Shown here piece after piece: positions 44,796 to 56,124 of a stretch of DNA of 64,000 nt (the first letter of the stretch is position 1; each line of letters begins with the position of its first letter). A model generated the notes under the pieces. The model saw nothing but the letters and a program-made list of their open reading frames with translations. It ran no database searches and was not told the DNA's origin. Source of the stretch: Octopus vulgaris (Eukaryota); assembly GCA_951406725.2 (NCBI GenBank), contig CATOCA020000001.1:2728001-2792000 (forward strand). Reading direction: 5' to 3'. The position numbers were made by a program, and so were the translations under genes.

Positions 44796-45525
44796 ATACA
44801 ACATTAAATTTATCGTTCCATCCACTAAGCATTGTCTTTATCAAAGTAATGACTTTGGTTTTCTGCTGAGAAAACCATTGTCTCTTTCTCTTTCAAGATA
44901 AATACTAGCTGCATGTTACAATACAATCGAATACATCCTCATCATTTATCGTCTGATTTTCTTTCTAAAATGCATTGGATGGGCGGTCTCTACCCAAGAC
45001 ACTTCATATTCTGAGATACTACCCACTCCCATTGGTTGAGGAACATATGTCTCTTAAAGATACCCGCTTTTCTACCGATTGACTCTCAGGTTCAAGATCT
45101 GAAGCTCATTTCTCAACACTTCCTTCCAGTTTTCTTGAGGTTCTCTCCACATTTACAGATCGGTGCTCTTTATACAGCTGATCTTATTCATACATATCAC
45201 ATGGTCATACTGGCACAGTCGTCTGTCTTGCGTACTACATACACGTGATAACTCTCGATTTTTATCTTAAAACATGTCAGCATTTTATACCTGCACACTG
45301 ACAGTGACCATCCAGTGGAGCATGCTGGTTCCATTTTGTTCACGCCTTTACACGTATTCTGTGTTCACTACATACATTTCACTACTATGTAGCATACACA
45401 GCTGTTCATACACAGGCTGCCCATTGATGATCAGAAACTCCAACAATAATAAAATATAAATTATTAATATCTAGATTTAAAATATTTTATAATAAAATTT
45501 AAAAACCTTGAAATATTTATTTCAG

Positions 45526-45597
45526 GGTTTCCCAAGTCTCAAAACAAGCAAGTCCAGACAGAGGCATTTACTTCAGAAGATGCATCACAGCAAGTTG
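45526..45597 (+). CDS. 72-nt phase-1 microexon FPKSQNKQVQTEAFTSEDASQQV
   Basis: atatttatttcAG / G-GTGAGT consensus splice sites, open frame, multiple of 3. Confidence 0.72.
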
Positions 45598-46283
45598 GTG
45601 AGTATAAAGTCACTAATTGATTTCTATCAATTTTACCTTCACCTGAGGCATTCATGGATTACTTAATAATACTAAGGAGAGATCAGAAGGATATGCAAAT
45701 AATTCTGGTTAGACTGGATTAACTCATTATTTGGGCAAAAGTGTGGTTTAAATCGAATAAGTAGTGCTGTGTATCGTTTGTAAATGATCAGCAGAAACAA
45801 GTGAAGTTACAAATAGCAGGAGAAATCATGCCAAAAGCTTGAAGACAATGGTACGGTAGCTTGCTGAGAGACACGTCTTGAGGCAATCGGATCAAGGCAC
45901 ACACTGTGATGGAGTTAAAATCAAAACATAATGCAAAATAAATTTGGCGCTTCCAGTTTGATTTATATCTCTGTCTTGCTTATATATTCTTGAGAGTCAG
46001 TACTATTCCAGATATAATTCCTTTGCAGTAATATGTGGATGAAATGACACGTATAGTTAATGAGGTTTTGTACAAGGTTTTTAGGATACTTGATATCACT
46101 TTCTGCTCCACTTGTTTAGTAGCAATCATTGCTCACCTGAAAATATCTGCTTATTAAGGAGGATTAATGACATTGAAATATCTTCAAATATTTTCTGAAT
46201 ACCTCACAAGAATAATATTTTGATTATTAGGAAATATAAAGATGTTTTTCTATGAAGTGTAAAATTTAGAATATTTATTTCAG

Positions 46284-46334
46284 AGACGCCAGCACTTGTT
46301 GACAATGAAGTTCAAACAGAAGTAGAACCAGTTG
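46284..46334 (+). CDS. 51-nt phase-1 microexon TPALVDNEVQTEVEPV
   Basis: atatttatttcAG / G-GTGAGT, open frame, multiple of 3. Confidence 0.75.
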
Positions 46335-46643
46335 GTGAGTATAAATCAACATTACCTTTTTGATTTCTATCAAGTTTGCCATTACCTCATCTACTTTATT
46401 AAGGAGGATACGTGAGAAGTAAATGAGATATGTAAGATGTCTTAATTGAGAGCGGAGATTTAGGAATGCCAATCAATTTTGTGGAGGGCATAAATAATGG
46501 GCCCACTGTTGAAAGTATATAAATATTGACCGAAACCTGTGTGAACTCTTGTAGACCATTGATTATAGGAATCTCTCACAATAACAGAATATAGATTATT
46601 GGTAATGATAAAATGGTTTTAGTGTAAATAATATTTATTTCAG

Positions 46644-46697
46644 AGAATCTAAAGCTTGAAGGGAAATAAGTGCAGACGATGGTAGCAGAGCCAGTTG
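46644..46697 (+). pseudogene. Decayed 54-nt microexon NLKLEGK*VQTMVAEPV
   Basis: Intact acceptor, in-frame TAA, donor mutated to ATAAGT. Confidence 0.65.
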
Positions 46698-47476
46698 ATA
46701 AGTATAAAATAACAGCCCACAAATGTCTATTTTGCCTTTGTTTCTATGGCTGCCTCATGTGTCGATAGAGAAAATGGTGAAATACGACAGAGAGTGATCT
46801 GGGAGGGAGGGTTAGTTTATAAGTTTGTGAAAGGAAGGTAGTAGAGGGAGGAGGAATGGTGGATATGGTTGGGGATGAGAAACAGTAGGGCATCATATGT
46901 GCATGTAGGTACATGAGGGAGAATGGAGGAGAATGCGACATGTGTGGGGGAGGCATTGTTGGGGGACAAACAGGCGCTTATGCCCTTGATTTAGGTTGGT
47001 GGTTGTTCTCAAGCACAGCAAACTGCCAAGTGACTGTTAGGCTCAACATTTCAAGATCATTACTCACCATTTCGTCCCATTCTTCCTGGGTATTCATTAG
47101 GGAAATCTGGAGGTGAGAGAACAATGCCAAATCGTAGATTGGGCTCCGATAGCTGAAAGCGAAAATTAAGCTAAGAGATAATCAGTGTTATCAAGTGATA
47201 ATTATATAAGATAATTATTAGATTATGTAGATATCTTAATAGAGTGATTCTTAGATTATGTGGGATGTCTTAATATGGAGATATATGAAGGTTAGTCTAT
47301 TTAGTAGTGGACCTGAATATTGAGTTATTACATGGTATCCCTATAGGAAGTATGAAAATGTTGACCCAAGCCGTACGGGTCACCAGTTGACCATCAAGGA
47401 CAGGAATGTCACAGAATAACAAAATTTAGATTATTAATTAAGATAAAGACATTTTTCTGTAAAGTGTAAAATTTAG

Positions 47477-47542
47477 AAAATTTTGTTTCAATTACTTTAA
47501 CGCTTGTTGACAATGAAGTCCAAACAGAGGTGGAGCCAGCTG
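47477..47542 (+). CDS. Microexon paralog (NFVSI)TLTLVDNEVQTEVEPA; ancestral acceptor lost, possible in-frame upstream AG
   Basis: Homologous to 46284-46334; tttcAA at 47490-91; alternative AG at 47475-76 gives an open 66-nt exon; intact GTGAGT donor. Confidence 0.5.
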
Positions 47543-48074
47543 GTGAGTATAAATTACCAATACCTTATTGATTCCTATCAATTTTACCATTATCCGAGCA
47601 ACTTTGTTTGACAGAATGACTGAGAACAAGTTCTTTTGCTACATTTATTTCGAATGGTTAGCTACACATTTTTTTTCGATTCTTGTACAACTACAGGAAT
47701 ATCCAAGAAATGGATTTTATAGAAAAGTGGAAGCATCAGATATTCTTCCACTCAGAAAAAAAGGCGTCTCAAGATAAGGAGAAATATGCAAAAGATAAAA
47801 TATAAACCCTTAAGCGGTTCTGTCCCTTTAAGGAGAATAAATACCGTCTGTCATCTCAATTTAGTCTCTCTCGTCCTCTCCCTTTTTCGCTCTCTTCCAC
47901 TCCCTTTGTATACAACAAGCAGCAGCTCCTCTCGTTCCCAGTCAAGTAACCACATCAATTTGTTTTTTAAAATATTGTTATTATTGAAATTTAATAAAAT
48001 GTCCACCAAGGTTATCGCTGTTGGCAAAATGGCTAAATTAGAAAACAGAATAGAGTTAATATTGTCCTTTGGGA

Positions 48075-48285
48075 AGGTGGTGAGCTGGCAGAAACATTAG
48101 AACGCCGGGCGAAATGCTTAGCTTTACTTCATCTGTCTTTACATCCTAAGTTCAAATTCCACCGAGGTCGATTTTGCCTTCCATCCTTTCGAGGCCGATA
48201 AATTGAGTACCAGTTGCGTACTGGGGTCGATCTAATCGACTGACTCCGTCGCCAAAGGATTCTGGCCTTGTGCCTAGAGTAGAAA
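48075..48285 (+). mobile_element. SINE family 2 copy
   Basis: ggtggtgagctggcagaaacattag...gaggtcgattttgccttccatcctttcgaggccgataaattgagtaccag. Confidence 0.8.
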
Positions 48286-50690
48286 ATGATATTGTCCTTT
48301 AGAATAGGAACTAAAAGGATTTTGTTGTTTAAAGGTAAACAGGTGATTTAATGACAAAGTGTTTGTTCGTTTTACATTTTTAGTAAGCTTACTGATTGAT
48401 TATTGTTGTTGGCGCTTTTGCTTAACCAGATGTTATGGTGAAACTTGTTCCAATAGTGAACAGCCTGGTTTCTTTTCACTGTCATTACGTCCACTATTCA
48501 ACCATTACATCTATTCAATATTGCCTTTATTCAAGTAGAAGGCTGCTTTGCAGCTCAGACAAGCTCTCTCTCTGTCTTTCTTTTTCTCTCTCTATTTCTC
48601 TCTCTCTCTTTCTCGCTCCCTTTCACTATCTGCAAGTTTCAATACAGTAAATGATATCATCCTCTCCCTTTTATCATCTGCTCTCTATGCTCCCATGTAC
48701 TGGATGGGTGGTCACTGTCCATGTCATAACAGTAAACTACCCATAATGATTGCTTGAGGATTACCTCTCAATTAACCATTCCAGCTTTTTCATGGTGGTA
48801 TGCCCTTCTTATCACCAACCACTTTACAAAGGGTCCTGGGTGAATATAATTGTGGCACAAACACTACAAGAGATTGCCATGTCCTCGGCAAGATTAAACC
48901 TCCCTCTCAACCTTACGGTGTCAATTCTCATCCAACAACCACCTCCTAGTGTGTAGTGGGAGCATTTGATCATAGCACCAGCATTAGTGAGGTTGTGTCA
49001 CATTCCAAATTATTAGAAAGTTAGTCCTCACTACTCTATGATGTGTTTGTTCACTGATATGTTTAAGATGGGAGAAGAAGAGATTATAGAAGAATCGGAA
49101 TGCAAAGACTAAAAGATACGAGACAATAAGGATAAAAAAAGTGATTCGAAGGAGCGGTGGAGGCTGACAACAGTAAATGATGGAGACTGAGTTACAACGG
49201 TGTGTGAGGTACCAGAGTGCTTAATTATTTATTAACATTCCTTGGTTGCTCACTCTCACTGTTTCTCTTGCCCTCCTCCTCTCACTGGGTAATCATGTAT
49301 GTCTTCTACTATAGGACACCTGTTTCAATCCCTCTGTCACAGTCGAACCTGTCATCCCCTGACACACGACCACCTCCTCCTCCAATGCTCTCCCTCTCAA
49401 AGGTTTTTTGTCTTGCAAGTTCTTTGGTGACCCCCACCAGTGCTTGTGGATCCAGACCCCACTGTAAGGTTGTTGGTGTTGGGAAGAGTATCCAGCTGTA
49501 AAATCCTGCCAAATCAGACAGTGAAGCCTGGTGCATTCTTCTCCCTAGCCAGCCCCTGACAAAACGTACAAACCCAGCCAGAATGGGGAACCGACGTTCA
49601 ATGATGATAGTGGTAGTGATGGTAGGTAGCGATGGATACTAATTACTTGCAAATACATCAAAGTTATACATGTTAAATTAGGAGATAGACTGACCAAATC
49701 TCAACTGAGATAATGGATAATTACAGGTTTCTGGATTGCCATAAATACTAGTAATTACTAAAAGATCACATGGGTAATTACAGGTTTATATATTTCTGTG
49801 AATATTTTCATATATATCTGTATATTTGTAAAACACTAATTGGTATTTTAAATCAGAGCATTTAGAATTAGCCCAGCATTAAGGAAGTGGAGTGCAGAAA
49901 GTTATTGACTATAAATTATCAATAATTATTCGTTATCTCTAAATCGGTAAAAGGCAATTTCTGTTTTGTTTATTCGAATTTTATTTACCTAATTCATTGA
50001 TAGAATTGTTGTTGGGGCTAATCTAATTTTTAACGTCTAACATGGGGTCAGGGAGAGAGAGAGAGAAAGAGAGAGATCATAAATCTTACGATTGGTTGTG
50101 TAATAGCTACTCAGGCCATCTTTAGTACTCACATACACACACACATATATATAACAATACGCAGCTGGTCACAGCCTCCGTAAAAAACACCCAGATCTAA
50201 CCCGTCAAATATTCCATTCTTTCATCTTGTTAAACATCACAGAGTTAACTTACAAAATACAGTGTTTTGTTTTGTGGGGTGGAGTGTGGTAGCAGTCGGG
50301 ATGCAATAAATTATTTCCTCATTGTACAGTATGTGGTTGTACATGTGTAGACCTTCTAGTATTAACCACAATTGAAGTGGTCAAGGTATACATAGCCAGA
50401 TCATCATGGATATCGCTCTTCAGTAACAAACTCCGCTGGTGTATATCAGTGTTTTCAGCTTGTAACCCCACTGATGTTGCTATTTCCGTGTTTATCTACA
50501 ATAAATGAAATGGAAAGTGTCTTGAAAATGGTGTGGTAGGAATGCTGTGCAATGTTTTCGTTAAATTGAGAAAATTTAATTTTTTTTGTGACTCGAATTG
50601 CGTAGGAAGTTGCTGTTACAAATTAATATTACCCATTCATGTCTTTTGAAAATTTAATATAATTTTATTTCTGTTGTTATTGTTATTCAG

Positions 50691-53512
50691 ATGATCACTA
50701 CATGCAGATACCACGTTTTGACTGTAAAAGTATTATGAAGTCGCATTCATCCAAATTCCGTCCCCTTTGCCCAGCTGTGTCCAAAATATTGCAGCTCACA
50801 GACTCCGATAATGATTCCAAGAACCTGGTCACAGTTTCAAGAATCGTTGAAATCTGCAATGGAATAGTAACCTATTCACCAGATTTGAAGTTAATAAGTT
50901 GTGCCACAACAGGCGGTGATTTTGATTTTCATTGTTCTTCTAATGTCACAGACATGACAAGAATTGGTGAACACACTGTTCTAGCCACAATTCCTTTCCG
51001 CAAGAAAATAGTTTTCATTAATCCATCAAGTTTCCACATAAAATCTCTGGATTATAGTTTCTTTACAATTTCTTATTTCGAACATTCTACATTTGTAGGG
51101 ACTGAAATGTTTAGTAAGACAATATATCTCATAGACTGGGATAAAAATAAATTTGAAGAAAAATTTAGTGTGCAAGAAATTGTTGGAAACATAGCAGTTG
51201 GTCCACAGTATCATATCTTAATAGCCTTAGCTAATATAAATAGAATTAGCTGTTACACAATAGATGGCAGACACTTGTTTCAGTTGAGGACCCATTCCAT
51301 CGATATTCCAACCGACCTCACCGTATATCGAAATTATTCTTACGCTCTGCAAGGAAATGTAATTTACAAGATTTCAGCAAACGGTGCTGTGTCCCAAAGA
51401 GAAATTGGGATAAAAGCTCGATATATTTGTGTGGCAACAAATAATATTTACTTGACTGACCGTTTTGGTCTTGCACATATTATTAGGACAAATAAAGATT
51501 TTTGGCCTCGGCTGTCTTACCATCACCAAGACCATGTCCCGAGCCTGATAAACCAAATCCATATTGATGACCCCTCCAACATTACAACGATTCTACCTAT
51601 GTCAGCCTCTTCAGTAGTAATTATATATCGGGATCTAAAAGCTATATTAGTTACTGACGAAGGGCAACCGTTTGGTGGAAAATGTTTAACCTTTAAACTC
51701 CAGCCTTCTGTTTTCTGCAGAGTGGATTCGAACACATTTCTTGTCCTTTTTAGTGAGGACAGGAAACTTCAGTATATTACCTGTCCACAACTAACTGAAG
51801 GTGATTTAATAGACGTCGAAAACAATTACATTCAAATGTGTCATATGGTATCAAATAGGTGTTTGGCTCTGACCACCAATGAAGGTAAAGTGGAGGTACA
51901 TATTTTATTGATTAAAACGGATCATGTCGACATTGTAAACAGAATTTCATTGGAACATGACAATGTCGCCATTGCTGCTACTCCAATTAATTTTGTAGTT
52001 GTAGACAGAAAGAAACGTAACTTGATATTTTATTCAAGCTTTGGTGAGGAGCTTTCCAAGAAACACATTGAGTTCAATGGCTATCCTCATCATGTTTTCA
52101 CAGACAAATTATACTTCTATGTTATCTTCAGGAGAGAGTCTTTGATGACTTGTTACAATATAACTGGACAAAGGAAATGGCAGTTGAAACTTCCTTCAAA
52201 CTTTCGCTGTCACGCTGCTGTTTTCCAAGGAACAGCTTATGTGCTGGACGATCTGCTCAGTCGGATTCTTCTTTACAAGTACCATGACTGGTCAGACTGT
52301 CATGTAACCTTTCAAAATCCTTATAATAAAAATCTAAATATTCGACTCGAAGAAAAGGAGAATGACCAAGTTCTCATTGGTGAAATATGTCATCTGGCAA
52401 ATGGACAGTTGGTGTTGTCCGACATATATAATGATTGTTTGTTATACATTTCCAACGAAGGGAACATTGTGTCTAGATTATCTCTGCCGTCTACAGCTAC
52501 AGATATATGTCGATGGAATTATAATCAGATAGGCGTCACATTACCTCTAGAGAAGCAATTACGGGTCGTCGGAAACGTATCAAAGGCAGTTATAAGTGTA
52601 GCATTAAACCAGGCTTATGTACGGGTGTGTAAGCTGGGTGAAAGTCATATTATTTGTTATTGCGATAAACCATCGCATTTAGATATTTTAAACATTAAAA
52701 ATTGTAATGAAGTTCAAATAATTCATAAAATTAATATTCCTTTTGTAATGAAATCATTATCATTAGAAAATGAAACACTAAAACTATTGATTGTTGGTAA
52801 GAAAGCAGTATTCTTCTACAAGATCATCAGGAAGAGGGGAAGAAGTGTTTTACCATCCCAAGTGAAAACACCCTCCAATCTCTATGGTTATGACGGTGGT
52901 CCTTATAGCATTGAGATGATACCCAATATTTTACTGTCGCAAGGGAAAACACAATCCAATCTCTATGGTGGACGTATTGATAAAATGTGTGTCCATTTGA
53001 TAGACAACAGCCGCATGTTTGCTGTAAATGAGCATGACTTGCTGGTGAAAGATCATGTCACAAGAAGCCAAATTAACATGTTCATCGATCTGGTAGATGT
53101 ATTTTCTAGAAACATCAGTCTCAGTGAAATGTTGTCTTCTAGATTGTATCTACAAGATCTCACAGTTTCTGATAAAGCTCATGAAGTTGTTGTCCCTCAA
53201 AGTTTTGGAGATAAACATCCAGTGGAGATTGGTTGTTTGGTTATTACAGAAAATAACCTGGTTGCTTTATATGACAGCACAAATGAAAACATTAAGATAT
53301 TAACTTTTGATGGTCAACTTGTTGACTCTATCAAGTTAAATGTTGTCCCTAGACATATGTGTTGCTGGCGATCAAACACATTGGTTATAACGACCAATAA
53401 CTATCAACTTCTGACATTAAAAGTGGAATTCCCATTGGTCTTGGCAACTTACCACACGGAAAATAGATACAATTGTATCGCTTGTCGATCCGACAATCTA
53501 CTGGTGTGTAGC

Positions 53513-53565
<53 letters not shown>

Positions 53566-55528
53566 CAGCAGTAATGTTGGTGGTGGTACCCGCATACCCG
53601 AAATTGAAAACGGCCTGTTTTATATATATATCGATGAAATACAGTCAGCTGTCCGTATTATGAGAGAAATAGACTTATTTTGGATGTGCTACAGATATAA
53701 TATCACCCATATCTCAGTTATTGCTAATGACAACATCATCGTCAATACCGAGAGGCTCATCACTATTCTGAACCCGAACGGGCAATATTTATATTCATTT
53801 AAGCACAGTATTTATTCCCGACCCATTTCTATGGCAACCGATGATACTTATTTGTACATTACTGGACGGAAGAACATCTATGAAAACACGAAAAAGTATC
53901 GTATTGTCTCATTGTTGCAGAACGGTGAATACAAGGGAATATTCTTAAATGAAAGACATTATAAACGTCTGTTGGATTTCAACAGTATTAACTGTAAAGG
54001 CCCGAGGATTGTTGCAAACTATGACTCGTACTTATATATTGAAGGTTTGTACAAGATTAATCGGCAAAAATTCCCCGTTTCACGGTTACAAACAAACAAT
54101 TGTCCTGTTCAAGTAAAAGATATCGATATCTCTGATGAAGGAAAGACAGTTGTGTGCGAAATGGCCAATAGTGGAAATGTTAAACTATTTGATGATGACG
54201 GGAAGTTGCTATGTTACAGAGATTTTGGAAGTTTTGTTGGTGGTGTATGTTTTACAGGAGAAAGAAATATCTTGGTCACACTCCCTAACAGACAAGAAAT
54301 ATTTCAACTGAAGTCACAAAACTTGGAGAAATATAAAGTTTGGGAAAGTCGAGTACCTTATGGTATAATATGGAGAAAAGTGGGAAATATTTACTGGTGT
54401 GTACATATCAACATGATTGAATGTGATACTATAAAAATTGATGGGGACCAACTGAAGGTTCTGGAATCTATGTCGTTATCGAATCTTGATTTTGGCCTTC
54501 ACTTCCCTTCCATTACATCTCAGAAGAAGAAGGGAATGTTCAGTAATGAATTATTTAACAAACTTAAAAACGGTGGCGATGGAGGAGAAAGAAGAAGTAC
54601 ATCAAGAGAAATAGAAGTAAGACGTGGTAATTACATAGCGGAAAGTATGTTAGGAATTGATGAAATATCAGTGAGAAGACTGCCACATAGAACAGCAATG
54701 TTCCCGCTTTCATTTTCTCTATCTGGTTTACTAGATTCAAATTCGATGTTTTGTTTTCTTAATGCTTTTAAGCTAATTATGTTACAAGACAATAGTATCG
54801 TCGTGCTCCTCCATAAATGTACTCTCATGGTCACCAGTGGAGACGGTCATCTGCTTTACAGTCAAACATTTGAAAAAGAAGCTCAAGATATATGTCAATG
54901 GACCGATGAATCATTTGTAGTCCTCTTTCGGGACGATAAACAACTGATGTTCTTCGATACAGATTTGTGTCTTTTAAAAAAGATCACAACTGAAAAACCA
55001 TACAATTTAATGTACAAAAAGAACGGCAAAAATCTGGTATGTGTGTTTGAAGACGCTCCAAATGAATGTAGTAATATTCCATATGTGACATACGCAGACA
55101 TACTTCACATTGGCGGTGAAATGTACGAGTATAAGGGCCGAGTGAATTTAGGGAAGGAGGGGAAGGTTGTAGCAATGGGTGTGACATCGAATGAAGACAT
55201 TGTCGTTCTTAAGTACAAGGAAGATCATTACGATGTATGTTGGTACAGAGACAATTGGGTAAGAAGTCAACAACTAATGATTCAAGGTGAGGAACCATTT
55301 CCAAACATTTTCAACAAATCCTTGACCATCCACGGCGAAAATATTTACATATCAGATTTTAATAACAATATCCACCAAGTATCTGTAGACAGCAAATGCG
55401 AAATCTTTCTCAGCTCTCAGGAAATTGAAGTCTGTCACATCAAGGCCATACATGTTTCGGATTATTTCATCATGATTTACGGAAATTTGGACAACCGTTT
55501 TGATGGATTATTTTATTATGAGAGATAA
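50691..55528 (+). CDS. Large terminal exon (~1610 codons) encoding about six tandem NHL/TRIM-type beta-propeller modules
   Basis: Uninterrupted 1608-aa ORF in AT-rich DNA; ttgttattcAG acceptor at 50689-90 in phase 1; recurring motif such as IGEICHLANGQLVLSDIYNDCL...LPSTATDIC...IGVTLPLEKQLRVV near aa 45, 294, 559, 843, 1138, 1357. Confidence 0.88.
53510..53572 (+). repeat. Coding (AGT)n microsatellite = 21 Ser
   Basis: In frame within the large ORF. Confidence 0.95.
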
Positions 55529-56118
55529 GGCCCTATATTGAATCAATATATGTTACGAGCAATTGGCATTAGCAGCCTTTTGACTATATTTCTTTATTCG
55601 ATGGGATGCTTCTGGAATAGTCACACAAAATACGTAGGTTTTAACCTGGATCCTCGAACAAAGATAGTTACCATAATGATTCCTAATTAGTTAATTGATA
55701 ATAAAATATTAATGAACTAGAAACAGTGTATGTATTCCACTGGAATAGCGTTTCACCCCCCATCCACACACACACAATAACGACATTATCTGATTCAAAT
55801 TGTTACTCTTATATGTTAACAATCTTATAAAAGAAACACAAAACTCCATTTAAATTCTAATCTTTTCTCACCATGTCGTCTTTCCTCTCAGCAAATCTTT
55901 CAAATGTTTTTTTTCTTCTTTACTTGAATATATTTTATATATTTAACCCTAATTTAAAGATAATGCTTAATCTTAGAAAGTTTGTTTGAATTAATCACAA
56001 AATTATATTCATAAACCAATGCTCGAAATATATATTACATTGTAAAGCTACGGCAGAACATATTCTAAAATATATATTACATCATACGTTATAGAGCTGT
56101 GTGATTCATCTCAATGTA

Positions 56119-56124
56119 AATAAA
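56119..56124 (+). promoter_or_regulatory. Candidate polyadenylation signal AATAAA
   Basis: About 590 bp after the stop, followed by a T/GT-rich tract; another AATAAA near 55700. Confidence 0.4.

Noticed and set aside
47061-47110. Minus-strand CUAAUGA-..CCCA..UGGGAC-GAAA, hammerhead-like
   Set aside because: Core G5 is mutated and no stem I or III pairing was found; at most a decayed relic
23836-50691. Fusion of the DCLK exons with the propeller gene
   Set aside because: Separated by a scaffold gap of unknown size; the DCLK donor is phase 0 while the downstream exons are phase 1
50702-50704. ATG of the 1608-aa ORF as the true start of an intronless gene
   Set aside because: A good acceptor 11 nt upstream keeps the frame open and matches the phase of the upstream microexons, so it is more likely an internal Met; not excluded without transcripts
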